Shown here: piece by piece, positions 34,946 through 49,159 of the stretch
Layout: each line of letters begins with the position of its first letter
How positions within the stretch are numbered: position 1 is the first letter of the stretch
DNA from: Vicugna vicugna
Taxonomy: Eukaryota
DNA: 64,000 nt
NCBI GenBank assembly: GCA_013265495.1
Contig: MU058824.1
Location: 3,375,111 to 3,439,110 of the forward strand
Direction of reading: 5' to 3'
The notes under the pieces: generated by a model
The model's input: only the letters and a program-made list of their open reading frames with translations
Database searches by the model: none
Told to the model about the DNA's origin: nothing
Program-made: the position numbers and the translations under genes

Positions 34946-37929
34946 GCACTGGTCATTTGACAGAGGGGGGTGGGCAGAGTTCCCCAAGATGTTCTGGGGG
35001 TGTCCTCTCTGGGTGGGTGGAGTCAGCCTGATGGTACTCCCTGCAGGCAGTCTTCTGTCCAGGTTCTAAATGGAAGTTCTGGCTGCAGGTGGCAGCTCTG
35101 GTCTCTCAAGAAGACTGATTTTCCTTTGGTGCAAACACCACCTCTTCCAGGTAGCCCTCCCAGAACACTTCCCAACCCTCAGGGAAAGTTTGCCCTAGCC
35201 CCTCCTGGCCTGACACTTTCTCTTTTGTGGTCTGTTTTGGGTGTCGGTGTCAGGCCAAGCTCCTGGGGGACCCCTGAGTCAGATCTGGAGAACACCTGGA
35301 TGGCCCGCTCCAGCTCACGCCATGTGGGGCCTCTCAGTCATGCCTCTCCTCACTCGAGCCTCACAACAACCCTCTGAGGTAGTCATTATTATCCCCATTT
35401 TACAGATGAGGAAACTGTGGTCAGAGGCCGCAGAAGTGACTTACCCATGTCCCACAGCTGGTGTCACAAGGTGGAGTGTAGCTGGGCTCCTGTGCTCCAA
35501 AGGCGGCCCCACTGCATTCAGTGCAGTGCTCAGAAAGCGTTTGGGGAAGGAAGGGAAGGGCAAGCCTGAGTCCTGGGGCTCCTGAGTGAGCAACGAAGAT
35601 GCTGCCAACACAGCATGTGCCAATCTGCTGCTGGGCTGGCTCATGTGGCCCATCCTTGCTCGGCCAAGCCCTGAGCTGGAGACTCTCCTGGAGTTCTGTG
35701 CAGGGAAAGAAAAGGCAGTAACTCTCTCTTCCAGAAGGTCGGGGAGCCCCACCAGGGAGATGTAAAGAACACACATTGTATAACCATGCCCATCCCTGGT
35801 CCTCAGTCTCTCACTGGGTCAAAGACAAGGCCCAAAAGGGTTGACTGATGAGCCAGAAATTAGGGACGGATCCAGGACTGGTGACTCGACATCACTGCCA
35901 TCTTTGTTCTCTGATTCGACCTGCTATGCCTGTGATGCCTGTGCACCTGGGACTGTCAAAAGTTGTACCTGTCTAACAGGATCAAAGAGCAAAGGAGATA
36001 ACACAGGACAGTGCCTGGCAGAAAATAAATTCTGAATAATTGGACCATATAATTATTAGCTGGTTCCAAGACAGGCACCTATATTGCACTGCCTCCTTCT
36101 TCCCTGTCTTGCAAATGGCTGTCACAGGCCTGGAGCTGCAAACTTGGTGGTTAAAAGAAGACCTCTCTGTTTAGGGGGAAGAAAACAGTTAAGATAAGAG
36201 TGCCCCATGGTCGTGGTGGAGATGGTGTGGCAAAACTAACATGGCGTGGCAGCATTTTTGTGAGCATTTTAAACAGGCAAGGTAAATATTTTATGAATGC
36301 TGAATATTAATAAAGTCTCATTTTGTCTGAATTTCCCCACCTTTTAAAATGTATGTCAAGAAACAAATAACGTAAGAGCTGTCCAGTTAAGTGAGCTGTC
36401 AACTGGGTTTACAATATTGCCAAGTAGGGCATTTTTTAAACTGGTAAGGAAGTATGAATATCTCCTCTTTTCTTTTGGTCAGGATTAGTCTCAAATTCAG
36501 AGAATTTTGAATTACATCCTGTCAGGGCTAGCCCCTTCCTGGAACAGGACGTGGTGGTCCTATGCACACCCACATGCCACCAGGGCCAACCATCTGGAAA
36601 TGGCCCTTAGACAGAACCTATTGAGAACTGTAAGAACCATGTATATACTTTGGTTATATACTCTGGCATTTATCCTGATGAAATAATTCCAAAAAAGCAA
36701 AGCAAAAATGTAAGCATATAAAGACGTTAATTACGGTGTTGTTTATAGTTGGGGGAAATGGTAAACACGCTCAGTCTACAACAAGAGGGGAATAACTTAG
36801 TGAATTATGCTTAGGCCCTTGATGGTGCTCTGACCAATAAAAGTGGTCATTTTGAAGACTATGTAACGACATGGATGATGTTCATGTTCAAAGGTTTCAT
36901 ATCAAAGGAGAAAATGCAAAACTGCATTGAGACTCTGGTCTCTACTGTTGGGGCGATTTTCTTTCCTTGTTGTCTGGTCCTCACAACAGCCCTCTGTGGT
37001 AGATAAAACAAGGTTGTTAGCTATTCCCCATTCTCCAGGAGAGGAAAGAGAGATCACAGGGACTCAGATTCTGAACTGGGACAGCTCCTAATGCAGAACC
37101 CAGCGCTGCCTTGGAAGAGCGTTTCCCTGCAGCTCCCAGGTGAGGACAGTGCCAGACAAAGCTCAGTTCCCACACCCCCTCCCCGTCTCATCCAGGAGGG
37201 GCAGCCCCTGGGCTGCCTGTTCTTCCTCCTCACGCTGGGATTTCCCATCTCGGGCAGTTTGGAAGAACCCCAGTCCCCAGCCCCACTGTACTCTGAGCTG
37301 GGCTGATAGGAAGCCCCTTCTGCACAGTTGACCCATGAGATCATGTGGGAAAACCCTTAGAAACTCTGATACACGCTGCAGGTGCTGCTGTTCCTATTAT
37401 TTAAAAAAAAAAAAAGTTGTGATGTGAAATCTTCCCATCATGCAAACTTTGTTGGTAATCATATAACAAACACTCCCCTCTCCGTTGCCACCTTAGGAAA
37501 TAAAACCTTACAGGGACACTTGCAGTCTCCTCCGTGTCCCTTCCTGAGCCTCCACCTCTGTCACAAAGGTAACCCAAACCAGAAAGGGGTGTTTATCTAT
37601 AAATCTTAAGTAGTATTGTTTTGCATTCTTTTGAACTTTCAATATGTGCTTTCATATTGTCTTGAATTCATTCAACAAATTAACTTGGCAAATATTTATT
37701 GAGAACCTACTGTATATGAGACACCCTTTTAAACCCCGGGAACATCAGTGAACAAAACAGACACGATCACTACTCTTGTGGTGCGTATATTCCCATGGGG
37801 TGAGCCAAACAATAAGCAAAATTTATGAATTATAGATAGGTTATATAACATGTTAGAATGTGATAGGTGCTAAGGGGAAAAATAAAGTCAGAGAGGCGAG
37901 GGTGGAATGTTACAGTTTTAAGGAATATC

Positions 37930-39820
37930 ATATCCTTCTATAACTTGCTTGTTTACACAATAGTATCTTTTCTTTTTTATGAATGTACCATCTTTATTCA
38001 TTTTCTTGTCAATGAACATTTAAGATTTTTTTTTTAGTCACTATAAACAATATTGCCATAAGCGTCCTTGTAAACGTGTCTTTGTGCACACCTGGAAGAG
38101 ATTTTCCGGAGAATGTACTCTAGTATTGCTGGGTCTGGGGCATCTTTGACTTAACTTAGTTAGATGGTACCAATGGCTCCCAAGGGGGTTGTACCAATGG
38201 TTCCCACAGCAGCATATGAAGCTTCTAGTTACTCTACCTCTTCTCTAACACTTGGTAGTGTCAGATTTTTAAAAATACCTGCTGATCTGATAAGAATAAA
38301 ATATTACATCTTTGTTTAAATCTGAATTTCCCAGATAACTAAACGGTTGAGTACATTTTTGTAAGTTTATTAATCATCTGTGTTTCTTTTTTAATGACTG
38401 GGAATTTCATTGATTTTTGCCTGTTAATTTTATACCAAGTAATCTTGCTAACTAATAATTGGTCTGTAGATTCCTCTAGGTTTTCTAAATAGACAATTAT
38501 ATCATCTGTAAATGACAGTTTATCTCTTTCTTTTGAAATGTATGACATTGATTTATTTTATTTTGTAATTAATTTATTAAAAAATTTCTGCCGCTAAATG
38601 TATTAATTTATTTTAGCAAAAAATTCAGAAGTGCAATGTTGAACAAAAAATGCTATAGTGGGCATCCTTATCTTTTCCTGATTTTAAAGGAAATGTTTCT
38701 ACTGTTTACACAAGTAATATTTCCTTTTGATGTTTTTATAGATATCTTTTATCAGTTTAAGGAAACTCCCTTTTATTTCTAACCTGCTTAGAGGTTTATC
38801 ATCAATCAGTATATACTTTTATCAAATACCTTTTCTGCGTCTACTTTTGTGATCATATTTTTTTTACTTCTTTAAACTATTGATGTGGTAAATTACCTTT
38901 ACAGATTTTCTAATACTAAGCCATCTTTGTATTCTTGGGGTAAACTCAACTTGGTTATGGTACATTATCTTTTTTATATACAGTTGAACTTTTTAATAAT
39001 ATATTACTTAGGATTACTACATCTAAATTTATGAATGAAATGGGCCTGTAATTTTCCTTTCTCATGCTATACTTCTTTAACTTTTTAAAATTGAAGGTTA
39101 GTTGGTTTACAATATTGTGTTAGTTTCTGAGTACTATACTTGTTTTGGTATAATTTTGGTATTAAAATTACATTGGCCTCAAAAAATGAATTTTGGAGTA
39201 TTCCTTCTTTTTCTATTCCCTGGAAAAACTCATATAATATTGAGATTATCTATTATTGAACTGTTGGTAGAATTCACCTATAAAACCATCTGGGCCTTGA
39301 GTTTTCTTTGTGGGAATGTTTTCAATTATTGCTTCAATTTCTTAAATAGTTATAGGACTATTCAGAATATCTATTTTTCTTTCAGTTTTGGTAGGAATGT
39401 CCTATTTCTACTACAACTTCAAATTTGTTGGCATAAAGTTGTTGACAGCATTCTCTTACTATATTTTTTTCTCAGTAATCTTTTATTTGCAAATACAGCC
39501 ACATGAAAAGATAAAATCTCCAGATATTTGGCTGTCTTTATCTTACTATCTTTTAAACCTCTGTTTTAACTATAGTTATGTTACTCTATCATGTATGATG
39601 TCATTTATTTGTGTATTTTCTTTTTTTCCCCTTGATCAATCTTCCCACAGATTTGTCTGACTTTTTAAAGAATTAACTCTTAGTTTTTATTGGTCTTCAT
39701 CATTGCATTTTTGTTTTCTATTTCATTGATCTTCATTTTGTTTTTATCATCTCTTTCCTTCTATTGTTTTGGGATTCACTGTATTTTTTTTTAAACTTCT
39801 TAGATTGGACACTAAGGTCA
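37930..39820 (-). mobile_element. Old L1 (L1ME-like) ORF2 remnant including the RT core
   Basis: Minus ORF 38339-38548 KLSFTDDIIVYLENL...WYKINRQKS is a decayed L1 RT motif (LFADDMIVYLENP...GYKINVQKS). Confidence 0.8.
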
Positions 39821-41539
39821 TTAATTTGCCCTGAGGTTGTGTGCCCCTAATTGAACTAAGCTAAACAACAGTTGTTTTGTGAGAACTGTGGAACAAGGGG
39901 GACAGATATGGAGGCCCAGGACCCAATGGAGGGAGGAGTAATCTAATCGAGACCCTCCACAGTGAAGCAGGACTCCAAACCTAACCTTGATGCAATGTTG
40001 CTTTCTCTCCAAACTATAGTAAACTGATTAAAAAATAAAAAACCCACAAGAGGGAGAATAATAGCAGAGTTGTCAGCGACAGCATTTTCGTAGTTGGGAA
40101 GTAGATAGACTGCAGAACCATGAAGAGGTCTTGACCCAGGCACACTGCATATCTCAGGACTGGGGTTAATATGGGGTGGTGTGGACAGAGAAAAGACCCT
40201 ACAAATTTGCAGAAAAAAAGTAGGCTTATACAAAGGATTATGACTCAGAAAGGCATTGGATTTTTAAAATAGCACCAGCGGAAGCCAGAATGCAATGGAG
40301 GAACATGTTCAAAATTCTGAAAGAGAGTTTATGGTTAAATTGATGATAAAAATGAGCAAAATAAGCCAACGATTAAAATAAGTCAGTTATTCACTCCAGG
40401 GAAAACAAAGTTTTGTTCAGGAAAAGAAAATGATAGTAGCCTACACAGCTCATTTGACAATAGATTTAGAGCCAAAATAAGGCAAATAATGAATATGAAT
40501 CTAATCAGAATGACAACTATATTGAGAGGCTGATGATGAGGGACATGTGTGGGAGTGGGTGTGTGGGGTAGAATATGTGTGTGTGTTTTGAAGGGGTTGT
40601 GTTTAGGGGGAGGGGGTTGGTCAGAGAGTTAAATCTTCTCTTTACATGATGAGAAACCATCCTGAAAAATTCAAGAAGCAGCAATATAAGCATGTTATTT
40701 GGAGAAAATAATAGCAGATATCAGAAAGACTGAAGGTTGTATTTCTAAGACTGAGAATGAGGACTAGGGTGGTGATGGAGGGCGGTGATGGGGAGGGGCT
40801 TCAGGGAATTGCTGATTTTCATAAGAAACCATGTAGAGTTTTTCAACTTTTAAGATTATGTGCATGTTTAACTTTGATAAAAATTTTAAAAATTCCAGAA
40901 GTGGGATTGCTGGGTCAATGGGCATGCATGTTTTAAAAATCTTTACCACAGCACTAAACAGTGCACCCATTTCACCCTCTTCCAGAAGTGAAATAGTGTC
41001 TAATTTCCAGTCCTTGCAAACACCATTATCAATTTTCACATCTCTGCCAGTTTGATTATTTTTTAAAAAACGTATCCTATTGTGGTTTTAATTTGCATTT
41101 CTTTGATTACTAAGTAGTTTTACATAGTTAACATATTTAACCATTTTTAGTTCTTTTTTTATTCATTTCCTGTGGCAGTTCTTGGTCCATTTTTATCTTG
41201 GAGTCTTCATCTTTTTTCACTGTTGATTTGTAAGGGTTTTTAAAATAGTAAGCCTACTAATTCTTGATCTATCACATATTACAAATATTTCCAGCCCACC
41301 TTGGGTCCTTCTGCTTTTAATTTTCTTTTTTGATGTGAAAGATTTTTCATTTTTATGTGGCTAAGTCTATCTTTTACGCTTTTTGCCTTGGGATCATGCC
41401 TGGAAAGCCCTTGCTCATACATGGGCTTTTACACATAAAGCATTTCTTGTTTTGTCTAGCATTCACATGCAGTGTCTCACTGAGTCTAAGTGTTTCATAT
41501 TCTAAATCTCTGAAACTGGGATGTGTTTATAATCACTGG

Positions 41540-42012
41540 TGCTCAAGTGGCATCATTGCCTGCTTGCCTGCCCCACATCAAAATGTGCAGAAAGTGAGAT
41601 ATTAGTGGAGCGCTCTTTAAAGGGCATGATCACCTCCTTTCCCTCCGGGCACAGAGCTGGACTGCTCTCCCCAACCCCCTTGCAGTTCTGTGTGGCCCTG
41701 TGACAGGGTTCTAGCCTTTGGATGGCAGGTAGAAATGATATAAGTGACTTTCCTGCTTGGCCCATAAAACCTCCAATACCACCATCTCCTCTTTGTCTCT
41801 GTCTGCTGTCAGAGGATCTCAGAGGTTCTAGGTGATGGCAGAACCAGAAGGCAGAGGAGTTTAGGTACATGAAAGGCCAAATGGGAGGTACTTGCTAACC
41901 AGGGATCCTCATTGTTCTCTGTGTGAATAAGGAATAGACTCATCGTGTTAAGTTATTGAGATTTGGGATTTTGTTTATTATAGCAGCTAGCATTGCTGCT
42001 ACCTAACTGACA
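41540..42012 (+). mobile_element. MaLR LTR (MLT1H/I/J-like)
   Basis: Ends GAGATTTGGGATTTTGTTTATTATAGCAGC...CCTAACTGACA. Confidence 0.65.
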
Positions 42013-42339
42013 CTCTTGTCTTAATTCTGACTCACATCTGAATCCCTCTAGACTAGAGTTGAATGTTTTATCATTAAGTATGATGTTGGTACCTGACTTT
42101 AGATACATGTACTTTCTCTGGTGCTTTAAAAAAAAATGAAGTCTTGGCATCAGAGTTATTCTAAGTATGTAAAATTAATTGGAAAATTTTAACCTTTTTT
42201 TTAAGCTCTGGAAAAGGTTAACTAGCATAGGAATTAATTGTTATGTGAAACCTTGACAAGATTCATCCTGAAAACTGCCTGTATCCTTTTGCAAGAATAG
42301 TGCTTAAACAAGCTTTAAGTTTCTTTTTCTTTTTAACTT

Positions 42340-43600
42340 TTTAAAGTCTTAATTTTTTTTAGAGCAGTTTTAGGTTCACAGCAAAATTGAGAGGAAGGTA
42401 CAGAGATTTCCCATATACCCTCTGCCCCAACACATGCATAGCCTCCCCCATCTTCACCATCCCCACCAGTTTTGGGGTGCATTTTTAACCAAAGATGAAC
42501 CTACAGTGACATATCATTATCACTCAAAGTCCATAGACGACCTTAGGGTTCTTCTTGGTGTTATATATTCTATGGGTTTGGACAAATGTACGATGACACT
42601 TATCTGTCTTTATAATATTATACAAAGTATTTTCACTGCTCTAAAAATCTTTTGTGCTCCACTTATCTTTCTACCACCTCTGACCCCTGTCAACCACTGA
42701 TCTTTTTATTGTCTCCATAGTTTTGCCTTTTCCAGAATATCTTATAGTTGGAATCAAATAGTATGTAACATTTTCAGATTGGCTTCTTTCCTTTAGTAAT
42801 GTGCATTCAAGATTCCTTCATGTCTTTTCATGGCTTGACAGCTCTTTTTTTTCTTTTTTAAGTGCTGAATGATATTCCATTGTCTGGATGTCTCATAATT
42901 TATTTATTCATTCATCTATTGAAGACATCTTGGTTGCTTCCAAGTTTTGCAATTATGAACAATGCTGTTATAAACATCTGTGTGCAGGTTTTTTTATGGA
43001 CTAAGTTTTCAAGTCTTTTGGGTAAATACTAAGGTGCACAATTACTAGATCCTATTGTAAGAATATGTGTAGTTTTCTAAGAAACCTCCAAACTGGTGAA
43101 ACATCCAATGTGTCAGTACAATCTTGCATTCCTGCCAGCAACGTATGAGAGTCCTATTGTTTCACATCCTCCCAGCATTCAGTGTTGTCAGTGTTCTGGA
43201 TTTTGGCTATTCTAGTACGTGTGTAGTGGTGTATCACTGTTGCTTTAATTTGCATTTTCCCTGATGACATATGATGTGGAGCATCTTTTCATATGTTTAT
43301 TTGCCATCTGTTTATCTTCTTTGGTGAAGTGTCTTTTAAGATCTTTGGCCCATTTTTTAACCAGGGAGTTTGTTTCCTTATTGTTGAGTTTTAAGGGTTC
43401 TTTGTACATTTTGGATACAGGTCCTTTATCAGGTATTGTCTCCCAGTCGGTGACTTGTCTTCTGATTCTTTGACTTTTTTTTTTTTTGCAGAGCAGAAGT
43501 TTTAAATTTTTATGAAGTCCAGCTTATCAATTATTTCTTGCCTGGATTGTGTCTTTGGTGTTGCATCTGAAAAGCCATCACCATACCAGAGATCATCTAA
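42340..43600 (-). mobile_element. L1MC1-like LINE 3' fragment (antisense)
   Basis: TTTAGAGCAGTTTTAGGTTCACAGCAAAATTGAG...GGTACAGAGATTTCCCATATACCC. Confidence 0.85.
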
Positions 43601-44779
43601 GTTTCTCTTCAAATTAATTTTTTTCCTTAGTAGTAAAATATAAATAATAGAAAAAGAAAGTCACTCATAATTCTACTTTCCAGGGATAAACATTGATAGA
43701 ACTTTCATGTATATCCTTTCAAATATACACTCACATTACACATCATTTACTTACATAAATAGGGTCATTTTCTACACATTCCAATTTGCAATTTTTACAC
43801 TTGACAATATATCATATATTTTTTCCACAATAATATATCTACTTAATTTTTATATGTCTGTTTTTCAGATCCCCAAAGCAGCATACGTTCATTTATAGTT
43901 CAAATATTACAGAAATATGTAATGCAGAGAGTGAAAATTTCCCCATTTCTTATATGGCCTCTTATTGGGTTGACCTTGTAAATGTTTATTTTCATATAAC
44001 ATTATCCATTTTGTAAACCTTTCAAATTTATTAATCTAGAGCTATAGTCTGAAAAAAAAATCTCTACTTCATTTAAGATCTATCATCTTTCTTTGTCTCC
44101 ATCCAGACAGAACCATTCAAGGAGTTTTTCACACAGTTCCCTCCATCTTCTCCACTTTCCAACATCTACTTGTTCTTTAAGGAAGCTTCCAGCTTCCTAG
44201 GACAGAATCAGTCCTCCCCTTGTCCCTGCCCCTGCACAATTCTTCCTGCAGCACAGTCTGTACCTCTCCACCCTGCCCTTCAACACCGCTAAGGCAGCCT
44301 GAGGAGTGGAAAGATCGTGGACAGCTGGGCTTGAGTCTGAGCCTTACCACTTCCTAGCTGGGACCTTTGGCCCCTCAATTAACCTCTCTGCTCATTAGTA
44401 CTCTCATCTGTCAAATGGAACAATGGTCGTCCCTACCTCACAGGTCGCTGGCGCTTGATATTCTATTTGATGTGTGAGTGCGTCCCCTGCCGGCTCCCAA
44501 GGGCAGGGTCCAGACCCAGGGTCTTGGAAATCCCAGGAAACACTGACTTGAAGTCCCCAGAGGAAGCCCTGAGAGGCCAAGCACAGAACATGGCAGGTGG
44601 GTGCAAGTCACCCATGGTTGGTTGTCCCTTCCACTGGAGAAGCCCAAAGGAGCCTAGCGGGCCCAGAAACCTCTAGGGAGGGCTGTTTTCTCACACTCTC
44701 CTGTGCTGCCTGGCTAGTCTCCAGCCTGGGTGTAGGGTGGAAGAAGGCCAGAGTGATGGTAAGTAAAAGCTGTTTCTGC

Positions 44780-45365
44780 TCAAAAAATTAAAAATAGGAT
44801 TACCATCTGATCCAGCATTCCCATTTCTTGAGTATGTACCCAAAAGAGTTGAAAGCAGGGACTTGAAGAGATATTTCTGTTCATAGCAGCATTATTCACA
44901 ATAGCCAAAATATGGAAGCAAAACAAGTATCTTTCATTAGATGAATGGATAAACAAAATGTGGTATACACCTACAGTAGATTATTATTCAGCCTTAAAAA
45001 GGAAAGAAATCCTGTCACGTGCTATAACACAGATTAACTTTGAGGACATTATGCCAAGTGAAATAAGCCAGTCACAAAAAGGCAAATTCTGTATGATTTC
45101 ACTTATACAAATTACCTAGAGTAGTCAGAGTCCTAGAGACAGAAAGTAGAATGGTGGTTGCCAGGGTCCGGGGAGAGCGGGGAATAGGGAGTTACTGTTA
45201 ACTGTGTATGGAGTTTCAGTTTTGCAAGATGAAGAGTTCTGGAGACTGGATGGTGGTGATGGTTGCATAACAATGTGAATGTGTTTAATGCCACTGAACT
45301 GCACAGTTAAAAATGGTCAAGATGGTAAATTTTCTGTTACGTGTCTTTTACCACAATTAAAAAAA
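44780..45365 (+). mobile_element. L1MB-type LINE 3' fragment
   Basis: TTACCATCTGATCCAGC...GAGACAGAAAGTAGAATGGTGGTTGCCAGGG...TTTTACCACAATTAAAAAAA. Confidence 0.85.
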
Positions 45366-47602
45366 TGCTTCAGGGGCTTTGTAGTTGCCCAGGCTGGGGA
45401 TTTCCAAGCCACTACCCAGAGAACGTGCCCGTGGGCGCCGAGGGCACTGAGCCTCGACCTCTGAATCCTGAGCAGACTTTGCCCACTGCCTTGTCCCCGT
45501 GGCGGATGTCAAGCAGGAGATGGGAGCACATGCTGTCCCTCTCAGCCTTGATGAGCTAAGATGAGAATTAGAGAGAATGGAAACGTGTGCTTTTAAAAAG
45601 TAGATAGAGAATTAAAAATACAATTGAAAATCACACTCACTATTCCAAGATTAAAAGCATTCTTTAGAAACTGGGTTTTATTAGAGGACATGCTTCCTGC
45701 CTCATGTAGGAGGGAGGGTGCCGGGTCACCGGTGCTCTCTGTAGGGGGCAAGCAGGTGAAATGATTATGAAATATGTCAAATAAATGGTCCTTTTTTCTC
45801 CCCAGGAGATAAGGAAAGGTAATTTGGTCTGTCAGTCGTGCACACAGAAGACGTCATGGTCAACTGCATTAATACTGAATACTTTGTCCAGAGTCACAGA
45901 GCTAAAAGAAATTACAGAATCTTTCTCCTGTGAATTCTGGCATGACTCTCAGCAGACCTTTCCCCACCTGAATTCACAAGAGAGATGAATAATAAAAGGC
46001 AGGGTCTATAGTGGGACCCAGAGCCTGCAGGGCTGTCCCAGGCATGGTGGTGAGAGCCAGCCTTTTCCTCGCATACCTGTTATGCCCTGTCCCAGCCCTT
46101 CCTGGGTCCTGTTTCAGCCAGACAGGATCCTAGCTGTTTCCTGTGCATCCTCGTGCCTCCCTGCCTGGAGCCGTTGCTCCTGCTCCTCTCTCATCTGCAC
46201 TGTCAGAGCCACCCATCCCAACAGGTCCCAGGTCCCCTCTCCTCCTCCGACTGCATCCTCACCCCACCCAGCCCGCACCCTCACTTCTTTCTGCAGTTGT
46301 TATGGGAATTTTGCATCCATATCTTCTTTCCCTAATACCCCAGCCTTCCTGGAAGAGAGACAACCAGGCAGTCTCCCCTTCTGTGTCCACTCTGGGGACG
46401 GGCATTTATCAGTGGAAGGGATGAGTTCATGAGGTCTCTGCAAGTTTTCTCTTTTACAATCTAATAAAAGCATACAAATAGTAGATTTTTTTCTTTTCTT
46501 TCTTTCATTTTTGGAATTGGTAGTGGTGAAGGGGTGCTGTCAGGGCTGGGGTGGGCATTGGGATTCTCGCTAAAACTGCTGTCAAATTGTTCAGTTGCAA
46601 GAGACATTCTTTACCTCTACCTCCTCCAGCAGTGGGGTCAGGCAACCCTGCACTCAGAGCCCTCACCCAGGGGCTGGACAAAGCCTCTTCCCTTCTCTGC
46701 TTTTGGGGACTGTTTTGGTCTCTGGAATAACTAAACCTCTCTCAGTGCAGTTATATTCCCTCATGTAGTAAGTGCTACATTATTTTTAGGCTGTTTTACC
46801 CAATTAATTTTATTAGCAGTTAATTATGTATTAACAGTTTAAGAAAATGAATATTTGCTCAGTTCCTTAAACTAAATCATTAAATATGTATTTATTCCTT
46901 TTTTTAAATGCACGACTGTTGTCTCCTACAGATGGAAAAGACATGTTTGAAGCCATCTGGGCCTCTGAAATAGACCTTTATACAAAGGTGCCTTCTTGGC
47001 TGTATGGGCCGGGCTCACAGGGGCCTGGGAGGGACCTGGCACGTGAAGCCCACAGCATGTTGCAGAGACCTGGGCCTCACAGGTGAGGGGGAGGCCCACT
47101 GTCGGACAGTCACAGCTTGACAGTATTTGGGGTGAGGGGAGGAGGGTGCGGTGGGGAGGTGGGTGCAGCTGAGAGTCAGGTGCACGAGGGTGTGTGAAGG
47201 TGAAACCAGCACCTGGAGGATTGTGGCTGAAGGAATAAACCTCCTCTTGCCACCTCTAGGTGGTTTGGTGAAAGCCTCCCGGATGACAGAACACCTAGTC
47301 CCCTGGGACCCAGACTCTCCCAGGTGTGTGGCCTTGGGCCAGTCGACAGACTAAAGCAGCGTCGACTCCCTGGGTCTATAATAAGTACAGCTGTGCTGAG
47401 CCCTTCTCACTCTGACATGCTGCGAGCCTGTGGATCACTCAAGGTTGCCCCAAATCTCTGATGCACATAGTGAGGGCAGGCAAAGGCCAAGGCTGCTGTA
47501 ACAGGTGGCTGCCGTTCGAGCTCCCAGACCCACAGTTAAGGGAGAGATGCAACTTTCTCCCAGCATTCCCTGTGGGTGGAGGCGCCCAGTGACTGTCTAC
47601 AC

Positions 47603-47927
47603 CAGGAGTCAGCACACTGAGGCCTGAGGGCCGGACCCTGCCAGGTGCCTATTTTCGTATGACTTGAGAGCTAAGAATGATTTGTACATTTTGAAACGGT
47701 TGGAAAAAATCAAAAGAAGAAGAATATTTTGTGACACATGGACAGTCTATGAAATTACAGTGTCTATAAATAAAGTTTTATTGGAACGTAGCCAGGTTCA
47801 TTTGTTGACACCTCGTGGTCCTTTTGTGCTACAATGGCAGAAATGAAAGTCATGACAGGTGATGTGGCCTGATAAGCCTAAAATATTTGCTATCTGGCTC
47901 TTTTACAGAAAAAAGTGTTGAGTCCTG
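47603..47927 (-). mobile_element. MER58B-like hAT element, opposite orientation to the copy at 29320
   Basis: AAATAAAGTTTTATTGGAAC...AAAATATTTGCTATCTGGCTCTTTTACAGAAAAA. Confidence 0.8.
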
Positions 47928-48364
47928 ATCTATGGTACTTTTCTGTGGCAATTACAAGGAGGATTTTCTTTACAACAAACTAGATGGGATATTCCAGTTG
48001 CTTGTTGTAATGAGATATGATGATAACTCACTTAATAAACACCTAAGCACATTCTTGGTTGGGTTGCTGAGAAAACAGAGATAAATCAGATCTAGTCCCT
48101 ATCAGGAACCTCTCAGTCTGATGGTGTATACATGTAAATTTCAATATAGAGGGATTAGCTCCACAGTGTATATTTTTTACAAGATACTTGGCAGCATAGA
48201 GGAGGGAGTGACTATCTGGGGAAATCAAGGAGGACTTCAGAGGTAATGACTCAGCATCATACCACATTCAGCTGAGAAGACCATGTATTGTATGTCTAGG
48301 ATGTCCCCTATGGTTACATAGTGCATACCTGTACAAGTGTACATTGCAGCCCTGTTGAGTGGGT

Positions 48365-48865
48365 CTTGAAGAACTCTTGGTCATAAGTGAGAGATACCTA
48401 ACTCACTTGAACCTAGACAACAAGGAACTCGTCGGCTCCTGAAAGGAAGAAATCTGAGTGCAACCAGGCATGGCTTATGTGTGGGCTCAGGCAGTGTTGT
48501 CAGGGCCTCTTCTCTCTCTCCTAGTTTCTTGGCTCTGGTTAGCTTTCTTCTTTCCATGAGTTAGGCAAGACAGTGGGAGGAAGCCCAGACATACAACCTC
48601 CTGGCAACAAGGATTTCCAGAGGAAACCTCCTTTTCTCCCAGAACTATACAACAATCCCAGAAAAGGATTCTGATTGGCTGCTTGAGTCACATGCTCACT
48701 CCTGAACCAATCACTGTGCTGAGGGACAGGGCAGTGTGGTCCTTGAGATCATCTACCTTAGAGGTAGGACTGGAGGGTGGAGCTACCATAATTGACAGCC
48801 TCATGGAGTTGGGGAGGAGTGGTTCTCTCAAGGAGACTGGCAAACAAGCCATACATCCACTGCAA
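48365..48865. mobile_element. MLT1K/L-like LTR
   Basis: TTCTGATTGGC...GAGTCACATGCTCACTCCTGAACCAATCACTGTG. Confidence 0.6.
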
Positions 48866-49159
48866 AGAGTCAGAAAGACCTCTTCCAGCAGACCAGGCAG
48901 GAAAAGCCTCTAATCAGGACACTGCGGTTCCATCCCCAGGGTCTCTGCAATGCATGAGGCCATCATGAGCAGAGGCTCTTGAGAAGTACCACTGGGCAGC
49001 CTTGCCCATTTCAGTCTGTGAGAACGGTCAACTTCTGAACCCAGCTGGAAAAGAGAAAGCAGGTATCCCTTCCCCACTTCTTCTCTAGGATGTTAGAGCT
49101 CAAAGTGTACTCAGAATTTACCTATTTGATTCATGGAGCTCTTTAAAGTGTCAACAAGA

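Noticed and set aside
38339..38548. Reverse-transcriptase-like peptide
   Set aside because: Decayed L1 ORF2 fragment with deletions and stops; no sign of domestication.
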